From IMG/VR virus record IMGVR_UViG_3300050821_005575, positions 6,981-70,980 of that record: a DNA stretch of 64,000 nt; one strand, written 5' to 3'. The notes beneath the pieces were generated by a model. It searched no databases, was not told the origin of the DNA, and saw only the letters and a list, made by a program, of their open reading frames with translations. The first letter of the stretch is position 1. Every line of letters starts with the position of its first letter. Both the position numbers and the translations under genes were made by a program. The DNA comes from a virus. Shown in pieces: positions 18,450 through 28,044 of this stretch.

Positions 18450-19281
18450 AAGAACTGGACTTTGCAACTGCGGCTGCGGCGGTAGAACTACAGTAGCAAA
18501 AAAGAACTGCAAAACATCGAATAGAATGAAGGGATTTAGTTCATTTTACATTCGAGGGCACCAACCTAAAGATTCTGTAAGGTTGAGCCAAGATAGACTT
18601 CTCAACGAGAATAAGATCTGTACTTCCTGCAAACTTGAGAAAAAAAAATCTGAATTCAGAAAGAAAAGTGGGGCGTATGGAGACGGGCGTTCATCGTATT
18701 GCTTTCCTTGCGAAAAAGTAAAATTAAAAAATTACTTCAAAACAGAAGCTGGAAAGCAATCAAGAAAAAGAGCTGCTGTAAAACTTCGTAAATCCGGCTA
18801 CTATAAAAATCTTGAATGCAGGGTAGATCAGAGATTTCGTCGAGCAAAGCAAAGAGCAAAATCAATAGGAAGGTTATTTGATATTTCATTCGAAGAGTAC
18901 AAAGAAATAATCTCAAAGCCTTGCCACTACTGCAGGCTTCCGATGGATCAGAAGTCAGGATACTGCCTAGAACGGCTTGATAATTCAGTTGGGTATACAA
19001 AAATAAACGTAGTTCCATGCTGTACGCTATGTAACTGCACAAGAAGCAATAGATTCACTGTCGGAGAAATGATTTCTTTTCTTGGACCAACAATTCACAT
19101 TATCCGTACTTCAAGAACTTGCAATAACCTAGATCCGCAGCACTATCTTGGGTTAATCGAAAAATTCAAATCTCTATTTTCCGAATTCAATCAACAGCTA
19201 AAGGATAGCTTTAGTTGCGATACGACCCATTCCGACACAGCGCCCGTGTCTAAGGAACAGAAGAAGGTCGAGCCGCAGTAG
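18442..19281 (+). CDS. HNH-type homing endonuclease
   Basis: CHYC...LERLDNSVGYTKINVVPCCTLCN; markedly AT-rich. Confidence 0.8.
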   Translation: MLERTGLCNCGCGGRTTVAKKNCKTSNRMKGFSSFYIRGHQPKDSVRLSQDRLLNENKICTSCKLEKKKSEFRKKSGAYGDGRSSYCFPCEKVKLKNYFKTEAGKQSRKRAAVKLRKSGYYKNLECRVDQRFRRAKQRAKSIGRLFDISFEEYKEIISKPCHYCRLPMDQKSGYCLERLDNSVGYTKINVVPCCTLCNCTRSNRFTVGEMISFLGPTIHIIRTSRTCNNLDPQHYLGLIEKFKSLFSEFNQQLKDSFSCDTTHSDTAPVSKEQKKVEPQ

Positions 19282-19312
19282 ACGGCCCGAAGGGAAGAAG
19301 AAGGAGGAGAGT

Positions 19313-20587
19313 ATGTCCGGCGACCCGTTCGAGGATCCCGTCGTTCATAAGCAGTACCTGAAGATCGCCCTGTCCGGCGAGGGCGGATCCGGAAAAACAA
19401 GAGCGCTGCTGTCGTTCCCGAAACCCTGCGTCATCGATACCGAGAAGGGCACGCTGCCGTACCGGGGCAAGTACGACTTCAAGGTGAAGGTCCTGAACCG
19501 CTGGCGCCAGCTCGACGGCGTGCTCAAGTGGCTCAGGGCGAACCCTGGCGTCTACGAGACACTCGCGATCGACTCGACGACGATCTTCTACCTGGATCTG
19601 ATCCAGGAGATCGTCGACTACATCAAGAACAAGCGCGGCAACGAGATCATGTCCCCGGGCGACTGGGGAATCGAAAAGAGGCGTTGGGCCGCCTTCCTGA
19701 ACCAGTTGGTCGAGCTGCCGATGCACGTCATCCTCTCCTTCCGAGAGAAGGCCGAGTACGAGGAGACCATCAACAAGATGGGCGAGGAGGTCCGGAAGAA
19801 GACCGGCTCGTTCCTCGCCGAAGCCGACAAGCAGACCGAGTATCTGTTCGACCTCGGCTACCGCTGCCACACGGAGCTCAACAAGAAGGACAAGACGACG
19901 AAGTTCCTGATGACCTGCACGAAGACGCGCTTCGACTGGTCGCCGAAGTATGGCATCTGGGACGTGACCGGCAAGCGCGCCTACCAGGAGTTCTTTGCAC
20001 CGCACGCCGTGAAGATGCTGGACGCCCCGGACGCGCCGGTCGTCGAGCCGACCGAGCCGATCCTGATCCTGCCGGATCCGACGCCGGTCGAGCGGACCGC
20101 CGACGCCATCGAGACCGTCGCGAAGGCTGACCCCGAGACGATCAAGGCCGCCGCCGAGAGCTTCGCGAAGCCGAAGCCGGAATCCGACACAATGGAGACG
20201 CTGAACAAGCTCTTCAGCTATCCGAAGCCGGACCCGTCCCAGCCGGAGGCGACGCTCGAGGATATCAAGGTCCTGATGACCCGTTGGAGTGAAATCAACT
20301 GGCCCGACCAGAAGTACAAGTGCCGAGCCCAGACCTGCGGGGCGGACGGACACACCCATCACAACACGACGAAAGCCGAAGGGAAGTCGCTCCTGCTGGC
20401 CGCCTACGACGTCGCCTCGTCGAAGGAGCTCCGGAAGCCACAGGTCGATTTTCTCTACGACGCATTCGGCAAGGTCCTGTCCGGACTTGCCTTCATGGCT
20501 CGCGATGCGAATGGAGCCGTCTACATCGCGACGCCTCCCGGTGAGACGGAGGAGGAGGTGCGGGCGAACGTCCTGAAGTGGGAGTAG
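19313..20587 (+). CDS. Sak4/AAA_24-like ATPase (recombinase/annealing protein)
   Basis: GEGGSGKT, VIDTE, TLAIDS; followed by an SSB-like gene. Confidence 0.8.
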   Translation: MSGDPFEDPVVHKQYLKIALSGEGGSGKTRALLSFPKPCVIDTEKGTLPYRGKYDFKVKVLNRWRQLDGVLKWLRANPGVYETLAIDSTTIFYLDLIQEIVDYIKNKRGNEIMSPGDWGIEKRRWAAFLNQLVELPMHVILSFREKAEYEETINKMGEEVRKKTGSFLAEADKQTEYLFDLGYRCHTELNKKDKTTKFLMTCTKTRFDWSPKYGIWDVTGKRAYQEFFAPHAVKMLDAPDAPVVEPTEPILILPDPTPVERTADAIETVAKADPETIKAAAESFAKPKPESDTMETLNKLFSYPKPDPSQPEATLEDIKVLMTRWSEINWPDQKYKCRAQTCGADGHTHHNTTKAEGKSLLLAAYDVASSKELRKPQVDFLYDAFGKVLSGLAFMARDANGAVYIATPPGETEEEVRANVLKWE

Positions 20588-20661
20588 ATGTTTGCTCTGG
20601 AGGGGGTGGACCGCTGTGGTTGACTTCCTAATACCGAACAAAGAAAAAGAAAGGAAGAACA

Positions 20662-21291
20662 ATGGGTAATCCAGAGAATCCCTTCGCGGACTTCGAGACC
20701 GACTTCAAGTCCGCCGACAAGGCGGATCCGGCGGCGACTCCAGGTCGCGTTCCTCCGGAGACCTACAAGTTTGTCCTGACCGCCGCGGACGTGAAGGGCG
20801 ACGGCGTCCTCGCGGACCACGAGGTCTTCGTCGCGAACTCCGGATCGAAGGGCTTCAAGCTCTTCTGCGAGATCCTTGAGCCCGAGTCCGTCCCGAACCC
20901 GAAGACCGGCGAGCCGCACGTCACGAAGGGCGTCGTCCTCGAGCATGTCTTCTGGGTCACGCAGAAGAATCTCCCGTACATCAAGCGGGACATCTCAACG
21001 ATCCTCGAGCGCGACCTCGGCTCACTGACCGAGCTCACGACAACCACCTGGGCCGGTCGGACCTTCGAGGGTGTCGTGAAGGATGAAACCAGGGACGGCT
21101 ACACGCGCAGCCGGATCGCCTTCATCAACGCCTGGGTCCCCGTCGCCGAGGACAAGAAGGAGGATCAGAAGAAGCTCGAAGCGAGCAAGGCGAAGACCGC
21201 GCAGCCCGCGAAGGGTGCGGCAACTCACGCAAAGGGTGCGGCGCCTGTGAAGGGGCAGCCCGCGACCAAGTCCGGCAGCTCGGATTTCTAG
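20662..21291 (+). CDS. Putative ssDNA-binding protein (DUF669-like)
   Basis: Follows Sak4; VPPETYKFVL pattern; flexible tail ending DF. Confidence 0.55.
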   Translation: MGNPENPFADFETDFKSADKADPAATPGRVPPETYKFVLTAADVKGDGVLADHEVFVANSGSKGFKLFCEILEPESVPNPKTGEPHVTKGVVLEHVFWVTQKNLPYIKRDISTILERDLGSLTELTTTTWAGRTFEGVVKDETRDGYTRSRIAFINAWVPVAEDKKEDQKKLEASKAKTAQPAKGAATHAKGAAPVKGQPATKSGSSDF

Positions 21292-21437
21292 CACGTTCCG
21301 AAGGGGACTGACATCCTCTTCTCTCTCTGCTGTCCACCGGGTCCTCCCTATTCCCGGTGGACAGCGATAGAGGGAACGGGCTAGATCGGGTGGGATCCGC
21401 GCGGTGGCACGCGCGGCATAGAACGGAGAGAGTCGCG

Positions 21438-23852
21438 GTGTCTGACACGAAGCCGGAGATCGCATCTTCGGCACGCTTCATACAAGAGCTCTGGCGATCC
21501 GCCCCAGCAGACTGGATCGTCGAGATCAATCTCCTCCAGTACCGGCCGACCCAGGATAACCCCGACGCGAAGCGGATGCGGGCGCTCTTCTTTCCGGTTA
21601 AGCAGGCGCTCGCCGACTGGGAGACGATCCGGAGGCAGCTCGAACACTTCAACAAGACCCAGGTCGAGAACATCCACCACGGCGTCAATCCGCGCTTCCG
21701 GAAACCGAAAAAGCACGGTCTGAACTCAGACGTCTCGCACTACGTCGCGGCCTGGGTCGACGTCGATTTCCACGGCCAGGAAACAGCCGTCCGGAAGCAG
21801 TTCGCAGAAGTAATCTCAGACCTGCGCGCCCGTGGCCTCGGACCGTCCGTCATCATCGAGTCCGGACGTGGCCTGCACGCCTACTGGCTCTTCACCCAGC
21901 CGGTCCTGGTCGCGGTCGCCCGTCCGATCTGCACGGGCCTTCAGGACTACTTCAAGATCGCCGACCCTGTCAGCGACCAGCGCCGGATCCTCCGGCTGCC
22001 GGGCTTCGCGAATCTGAAGGACCCGAGGGATCCTCGCTTCTGCACGATCGCCGAGGCGACCTGGGAGCGCTACGCGCCAGAGGCTTTCAAGGACTTCGCG
22101 ATCGACCCGAAGAAGAGCGAACACGACCTCGAGCTCGAAGTGGAGGAGAAAGAGAAGTCCCAGACGAAGACCTCGTCTCGGGACTCCCGGATCGAAGAGA
22201 TTAAGGGCGGCGTCGACGAGTCCGGTGGTCCTTACGGGGGGCGCCACCTATCGGCCGTTGCTCTCGCCGGGCACTACTGCTCGAAGCTCAAGACGAAGAA
22301 GCTCGCGATGTACGCGATGAAGGACTGGAACACGAAGAACCGGCCGCCGATGCCGGACGACGAGGTCGAGAAGATTGTCGAGGATATCTGGGCTCGCGAG
22401 GAGATCAAGCGCGCCGAGGAGAAGGAAGACCGGAAGGACCGGCAAGACGACGCCCCAAAGGGGCCATCAGACGGCCCGCCCTGGTTCGACGAGGACGGCC
22501 GACTCGTCCCGGCGCTGCTGGCCGCGCACATCATGTCCGAGACGCGCTTCCTGGCGACGCCGATCGGCGACGACGGGAAGGGTATCCGGCTGTACTTCTA
22601 CAGGGACGGCGTCTTCAAGCCCGGTGGATCCGACTTCGCCCGTCGCGAGATCGTGAAGGCGATGGGCAAGTCTCTCCGTGACAAGCACCTGACCGAGGTC
22701 GTCGAGCTCATCGTCGAGCTATCAAAGAGACCGTACGATGAAGTCGATCTTTACGCGAAGAATCTGATCAACGTCAAGAACGGAATGCTCGACTGGAGGA
22801 CGAAGCAGCTCTCCCCTCACGACCCGAAGTACCTCTCGACGATCCAGATTCCGGTCGTCTGGGATCCTGCGGCGAAGTCCGAGACGCTCGACAGGTTCTT
22901 CAAGACGATCCTGCCGGAGGACGCGATCCTTCTCGTCGAGGAGTACGTCGGGCACATGATGATCCCGGACGCCTCGATGACGAAGTGTCTCGTCCTGGTC
23001 GGGGAGGGCGGGAACGGAAAGTCGACGTTCCTCGAGCTCGTCGAGCACCTGATCGGAGAGCGGAACATTTCGTACTGCTCGCTCCAGAGCCTCACCGAGG
23101 AGCGCTTCCTGGCCTCGGTCCTGATCGGGAAGCTCGCGAACTGCTACGACGAGCTCGAGTCGAAGGCGCTCGAGAACACCGGGATCTTCAAGCAGATCAC
23201 CGACGGGAATCAGATCAAGGCCGAGGAGAAGGGTAAGGCGCCGTTCTGGTTCCGACCGTTCTGCCGGATGGTCTTCGCGACGAACCAGATGCCCCGCGCG
23301 ACTGACAGGTCCTCGGCCTACTTCGACCGATTCCTTTTCGTTGAGTTCAATCAGCGGATCAGGGATACCGGGAGCGAGATCAAGAAGTACTCAGAGAAGC
23401 TGGTCTCCGAACCTGGACTGCTGTCGGCGTTCCTGTCGCGAGCGGTCGACGGGCTTGGCCGCCTCATAGCTCGAAGCCGATTCACGATTCCCGGATCCTC
23501 GAAGAACGCGCTCGAGGAGTACCGGCGGGACTGCAACTCGGCCTACGACTTCCTCCGGGAGTGCTGTCGCGAGGAGACGAACGGCTGGCTCGCCGGGCCA
23601 CTCGTCTACGACCGGTACAAGGTTTGGTCCGAGGATGGCGGCCGGAAACCGATGTCGACGCGCGAGTTCAACAAGACCCTCCGGGGTGCGAATGTTAGAG
23701 AGGTCCGGCGCGGCGAGGCGCGTGGCTGGGGCGGTATGACGTGGTCGAACGGTCACCCACCGACTGGCGCTCGGGACGAAGTCCAGGAGTTTGGTAAGTC
23801 GAGGCCTACAGACGCTTCGTCACCGACGAAACAGCTTGGCCTTGATTTTTGA
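21438..23852 (+). CDS. Primase-helicase (RepB-like primase, PriCT, D5/P4-type SF3 helicase)
   Basis: WVDVD, SGRGLHAYW, RILRLPG; INVKNG; GEGGNGKS; FATN; YFDRF. Confidence 0.9.
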   Translation: MSDTKPEIASSARFIQELWRSAPADWIVEINLLQYRPTQDNPDAKRMRALFFPVKQALADWETIRRQLEHFNKTQVENIHHGVNPRFRKPKKHGLNSDVSHYVAAWVDVDFHGQETAVRKQFAEVISDLRARGLGPSVIIESGRGLHAYWLFTQPVLVAVARPICTGLQDYFKIADPVSDQRRILRLPGFANLKDPRDPRFCTIAEATWERYAPEAFKDFAIDPKKSEHDLELEVEEKEKSQTKTSSRDSRIEEIKGGVDESGGPYGGRHLSAVALAGHYCSKLKTKKLAMYAMKDWNTKNRPPMPDDEVEKIVEDIWAREEIKRAEEKEDRKDRQDDAPKGPSDGPPWFDEDGRLVPALLAAHIMSETRFLATPIGDDGKGIRLYFYRDGVFKPGGSDFARREIVKAMGKSLRDKHLTEVVELIVELSKRPYDEVDLYAKNLINVKNGMLDWRTKQLSPHDPKYLSTIQIPVVWDPAAKSETLDRFFKTILPEDAILLVEEYVGHMMIPDASMTKCLVLVGEGGNGKSTFLELVEHLIGERNISYCSLQSLTEERFLASVLIGKLANCYDELESKALENTGIFKQITDGNQIKAEEKGKAPFWFRPFCRMVFATNQMPRATDRSSAYFDRFLFVEFNQRIRDTGSEIKKYSEKLVSEPGLLSAFLSRAVDGLGRLIARSRFTIPGSSKNALEEYRRDCNSAYDFLRECCREETNGWLAGPLVYDRYKVWSEDGGRKPMSTREFNKTLRGANVREVRRGEARGWGGMTWSNGHPPTGARDEVQEFGKSRPTDASSPTKQLGLDF

Positions 23853-23859
23853 GCTAAAA

Positions 23860-24070
23860 ATGATGTTTTCAGTGACAGTCGATGACAAAAGTGACAGAAC
23901 AGATCTATTCTACCTCGTATTTGGGATATAGAAAAATATTAAGTAGAGTAGCGTTGAAGGAATAATTTTCTACGTGTGTAAATGCGGAGCAGAATGGGTT
24001 TGGACTGTCACTTTTGTCACTAAATTCACCGTCTCAAAATGAGAATGTTAGATACGTTTGAGGTATAAAA
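23860..24070. other. Putative replication origin
   Basis: AT-rich non-coding stretch right after primase-helicase; 15-bp inverted repeat TGACAAAAGTGACAG (23883-23897) / CTGTCACTTTTGTCA (24005-24019). Confidence 0.55.
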
Positions 24071-24550
24071 ATGAGCTCAATTCAAGCCACGATCGCCGCG
24101 AAGCAGCGGGCGATGCTCCCGCAGCGCCTCACGAACGGCGCCGCAGTCCTCGGCCGCCTCTGGCGTGAGAACATCCGCTGCCTCGGGAGCTGGTCCGGCC
24201 TCTGCCCGTGCCCGGCGCCGACAGACTTCTGCGGTGCAAAGGCGAAGTGGCTCGGGCTGATCCGGGAGCTCTGTGGTGGACCGCCCTACGAAACACCCTG
24301 GAACTCGCCGGAGGTCCTGTCCGGGACCGAGGGTTACCTCGTGTTGGAGTTAATGAGCCGGAAGATGATCGAGGCAACCGGCCTGACGATCCGGATCGCC
24401 CGGCCCGGCGACCGCGTGCCGCTCCGGATCGGACCGAAGGGGACGGACTTCCAGACCGTCATCGACCTCGCGGCGATCGACGACGACGCCGTCCAGGCCG
24501 TCGCGCTCGACGCTGTCGTGAAGCTCCAGGAGGTGTTCGGTGCCCGCTGA
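24071..24550 (+). CDS. Hypothetical protein
   Basis: GAGG RBS, coherent codon usage. Confidence 0.6.
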   Translation: MSSIQATIAAKQRAMLPQRLTNGAAVLGRLWRENIRCLGSWSGLCPCPAPTDFCGAKAKWLGLIRELCGGPPYETPWNSPEVLSGTEGYLVLELMSRKMIEATGLTIRIARPGDRVPLRIGPKGTDFQTVIDLAAIDDDAVQAVALDAVVKLQEVFGAR

Positions 24551-24779
24551 GAATCCCTTCGGCGAGATCGACCGGGCGTTCAACGAGACGCTACAGAAGC
24601 ATCTCGACCTTGCTCTCGAGCTGGACCGGATGGACGAGGACGTGACCTCGTGGGAAGCCGATTTCCTCCAGAGCATCATCGCCAGACTACGCGACAAGAA
24701 GATCCCGCTGACCCAGGGCCAGATCGACACGCTGTACAAGATGTGCGACCAGTACGACATCGACCGCGACGAGGACTAA
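24540..24779 (+). CDS. Hypothetical protein
   Basis: TSWEADFLQSI...LTQGQ pattern common in small phage proteins. Confidence 0.6.
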   Translation: MPAENPFGEIDRAFNETLQKHLDLALELDRMDEDVTSWEADFLQSIIARLRDKKIPLTQGQIDTLYKMCDQYDIDRDED

Positions 24780-24802
24780 GCGTGTACACGAGGAGATTCG
24801 AC

Positions 24803-25039
24803 ATGGTCGAACGAGGCGGACCCTCCGACATGTTCGGGCCGCTCCTGCCGCGCCGGAAACGCGCCCGCGGCTGGACGGAGCTCGACCGGATCCGGAGGCG
24901 CTACGCGAAGCTCTCCCAGCTCGTCGCCGACGGTGAGGCGAACGAGCGGCAGATGGAGGAGGCGAGTCGCCTCAGAATCCTAATCATCGACCGCGAGAAC
25001 GAGGCGAGGGTGAAATGGGCGAAGTCATTCGGCAAGTAG
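24803..25039 (+). CDS. Hypothetical protein
   Basis: AGGAG RBS before ATG 24803. Confidence 0.55.
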   Translation: MVERGGPSDMFGPLLPRRKRARGWTELDRIRRRYAKLSQLVADGEANERQMEEASRLRILIIDRENEARVKWAKSFGK

Positions 25040-25305
25040 AAGGCTCGACGGCCTTCCTGCAGCTCCTCGAGGAGCGTAAGGATTCCTGTTTTCTTTGCCG
25101 CTGGACCCTCTTCGATCTGACAAAAAACGGCAAGCTGACCGGCTGGCCGCTCGACGCTTTCAGTAAGCCGGACTTCCCGATCTCGGCGAAACTCACTCAC
25201 GCCATCCTCGAGCTCGGAGACTCGGCGCCGGACGACTGGGAGGACGACGAGGATCTCGCCTCGGTCGTCGCGCACCTGCTCGAAACCTCCACGACCCTGT
25301 ACTGA
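25015..25305 (+). CDS. Hypothetical protein
   Basis: Overlapping operon gene. Confidence 0.5.
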   Translation: MGEVIRQVEGSTAFLQLLEERKDSCFLCRWTLFDLTKNGKLTGWPLDAFSKPDFPISAKLTHAILELGDSAPDDWEDDEDLASVVAHLLETSTTLY

Positions 25306-25316
25306 AAGGATTTCCG

Positions 25317-25715
25317 ATGCCCTTCCGCTGCAAGATCTGCGAGCTCGACATCCTGCCCGGCGCGCCGATGGTCTCGAACGAGCGCGACGAGGTCGCGCAC
25401 GAGACCTGCTTCAGGCCTGTCGCGAACCTCGTCGCTCATACTGTGTCGAAGCCGCCTGTTCCGGCCGCGCCGGAGCCCTGCATATCAGCCGTCAAACAAA
25501 CGATTTGCATAGTCTGTGGAATAGATTGCATCAGTCGATGTCCTTGTGGTGCGTTAGTTTGTCAAGCTTACAGCTTTGAGCGCTCATGTAGCCTAACCCA
25601 TGAGAGCACTTGTGGTATCGCCAGGAGATCTAGAGAGGTAGATAGCGAGGTTGTGAAAAGTGAAAAACAAGATCTCTATAAAAAACGGAACGGAAAATGC
25701 AAGAAATTAAAATAG
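25317..25715 (+). CDS. Cys-rich (zinc-finger) hypothetical protein
   Basis: CKIC...HETC and CIVC...CPC motifs; AAAGGA RBS. Confidence 0.5.
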   Translation: MPFRCKICELDILPGAPMVSNERDEVAHETCFRPVANLVAHTVSKPPVPAAPEPCISAVKQTICIVCGIDCISRCPCGALVCQAYSFERSCSLTHESTCGIARRSREVDSEVVKSEKQDLYKKRNGKCKKLK

Positions 25716-26329
25716 GAGATAAGTTTGGCCGTCTCGTAGTTCTTCGTGAATCTTCAAGAGCGTCCTCAAAGAGGCGTGAGAGGCGATGGTTTGTTCGTTG
25801 TGATTGCGGTAAAGCTCTAATTGTTAGAGATCAGAGCTTAAAGAGAGGGTTAACGAAATCGTGCGGATGTTTAGCTCTCGAATTAAAAATAATACGCTCT
25901 AGGACGCATGGGCTCACGAAAATCCCAGAGTACAAAATTTGGAACACAATGATCCAGAGATGCCATAACAAAAACTCTACTAAATATCGGCGATACGGTG
26001 CGCGTGGAATACACGTCTGCCGTGCTTGGAGGGAGTCATTTGAGAGGTTTATCAGGTACGTCGGGCGTCGCCCTACTAACAAGCATTCGATAGGTAGAAT
26101 TGATAATAACGGTAACTACGAGCCAGGAAACGTTATCTGGGATACCGCTAAAAGTCAGGCGTCGAATAGATCGTCAAATGTATTCGTAACGATACGCGGA
26201 GTTACAAAGACCGCTACCGAATGGGCTGTAGAGAATCAGATCTCACCAAAGATCGCTTTAGATCGGATCCGTAGTGGCTGGAAACGCGCAATAGCCGTAA
26301 CTAAGCCTAAAGGCTGGAGTCGCCGATGA
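25697..26329 (+). CDS. HNH homing endonuclease
   Basis: GRLVV..CDCG..SCGC..HG..W..MIQRC..YGARGI..RIDNNGNYEPGN; AT-rich. Confidence 0.88.
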   Translation: MQEIKIGDKFGRLVVLRESSRASSKRRERRWFVRCDCGKALIVRDQSLKRGLTKSCGCLALELKIIRSRTHGLTKIPEYKIWNTMIQRCHNKNSTKYRRYGARGIHVCRAWRESFERFIRYVGRRPTNKHSIGRIDNNGNYEPGNVIWDTAKSQASNRSSNVFVTIRGVTKTATEWAVENQISPKIALDRIRSGWKRAIAVTKPKGWSRR

Positions 26330-28044
26330 TCCTTGTAACCTTTGCGGGTGCCACGTCGGCCCTGACCGGCCGGACGCGCTCCGTCGTCCAGTTCGGCCTC
26401 GCCAGAAGCTCTTCACCGGCTGAAGCGCTTATGGCAGCGTTCGACAAGTTCCAGGACGAGAAGGAGGCTTTCCTGTTCGTCCAGCCGGGCGGCCGGGTCT
26501 GGACCGCACCGGTCTTCAACTACCTGAAGGGTCCAGCCTTCGACGTCGCGGCTTGTGTCGACCGGATCGGCGCGGCCCCGCTGACGCCGCGGCAGTTCGA
26601 CGGGATCGGTATCGTCGGCCTCGAGACGCTCCTGCTCCGGCCGACTCCGGGCGCCGAGCGACTGCTTCTGCGCTGGATCGACCGGAACGCCGCCGTGCCG
26701 GGCCGTGAGGACGTCAATCTCTGCGTCGCCCTGGCGGAGACGCGGGACGTCTCGTTCGCCTTCCTGCCACCATCCTGGCGCTGGCAGACCGGCTCGGCCG
26801 TCCCGGAGTCCGATGCCGTCGTGCGCTTCGGCGCGTCCGGTCCAGGCCTCGCGCCGCCACCGGCACCGCGTGTCTCGGACCTAGCCGTGCCGAAGACTCC
26901 GGAGCCGTCCACGCCGAAGCGCCGGTCGCCAGAGGTCGTCGTCGTCGGACATTTCTTCCAGTATACGGGCTACGGGAAAATGAACCGGGAAGTCCTCCTT
27001 CGGATTGCGAATTCCATGTCCGTCCGGATCGACGACACGCACAAGGAGCCGGTCTATGTCGCCGAGGACATCCGGGCCCGCCTTGACGTCCACAAGCGCG
27101 TCCTGGTCGGCCCGCGGGCACCGCTCCTGCGGATCATGGGACCGGATCACATCACTGACCGGACCCGCCACCGGATCGTCTACACGATGCAGGAGTCCTC
27201 GGAGAGAGTTCATCCGGACATGGTCAAGAGGGCGAACGAGAACTTCGACGAGCTCTGGACGCCGACCCAGTGGAACGCCGACGTCTTCAAGGCGTCCGGC
27301 GTGAAGCTGCCGATGCAGGTCATCCCGCTCGGCGTCGACACGGCGGTCTACCGGCCGATCCGTGACTGTAAGCTTCCGCCGTGCAGGCTAATCTCGATGG
27401 CTCGCCGTGGATTCTCCGGAGTGCCGCCCGGCTTCACGTTCCTGACGGTGGGCTTGCCTGGGTTTCGTAAGGGCTGGGATGTGATCGCCGATGCGATGGA
27501 ACTGGCTTTCAGTGGCCGGAAGAACGTCAATCTCGTCATCGCTCTGACGCACTCTCCGACCGCCTGGAAGGAAAAGGTCTACCAGCAGTTTGCGAAGTAC
27601 ACCATTCCGATCTGGACGCTCGAAGGCTCCTTCGACGAGCATGAGCTAGCCCGGATCTACTCGTCGGTCGACGCGTACGTCTCGGCCTCGCGCGGCGAGG
27701 GCTTCAATCTTCCGGCGCTCGAGGCCGCCGCGTGCGGTCGGCCGGTCATCGTCCCGAACAACACCGCTCACACGGAGATCTTCGGTCCGGAGGCCTACCT
27801 GTTCGACCCGGACGGCGTGAAGACCTACCCGGAGGGCGACTGGATCTCGGACTGGTACCGCGGTATGCTCTTCTCGAGGTTCGGGAAGCCCGCGATCCGG
27901 CGGCTCGCGGCGGTCCTCGAGCACGTCGCCCGCGGGAAGGATGTCCGGAGGCTCGACCTCCTCGAGAAGGTCCGCCGGAAGTACACCTGGGACGCGACGG
28001 CCCGGTCCGTCGTTGAGCGTCTGCTGGAGGTTCAGCCGACATGA
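26326..28044 (+). CDS. GT-B glycosyltransferase (GT4-like) with N-terminal extension
   Basis: TGYG, RKGWD, SRGEGFNLPALEAAACGRPVI. Confidence 0.88.
   Translation: MILVTFAGATSALTGRTRSVVQFGLARSSSPAEALMAAFDKFQDEKEAFLFVQPGGRVWTAPVFNYLKGPAFDVAACVDRIGAAPLTPRQFDGIGIVGLETLLLRPTPGAERLLLRWIDRNAAVPGREDVNLCVALAETRDVSFAFLPPSWRWQTGSAVPESDAVVRFGASGPGLAPPPAPRVSDLAVPKTPEPSTPKRRSPEVVVVGHFFQYTGYGKMNREVLLRIANSMSVRIDDTHKEPVYVAEDIRARLDVHKRVLVGPRAPLLRIMGPDHITDRTRHRIVYTMQESSERVHPDMVKRANENFDELWTPTQWNADVFKASGVKLPMQVIPLGVDTAVYRPIRDCKLPPCRLISMARRGFSGVPPGFTFLTVGLPGFRKGWDVIADAMELAFSGRKNVNLVIALTHSPTAWKEKVYQQFAKYTIPIWTLEGSFDEHELARIYSSVDAYVSASRGEGFNLPALEAAACGRPVIVPNNTAHTEIFGPEAYLFDPDGVKTYPEGDWISDWYRGMLFSRFGKPAIRRLAAVLEHVARGKDVRRLDLLEKVRRKYTWDATARSVVERLLEVQPT

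Noticed and set aside
12441-20662. Long antisense ORFs such as 12441..13916 (+) and 19250..20662 (-)
   Set aside because: Shadow frames of GC-rich genes on the opposite strand, without RBS or recognisable motifs.
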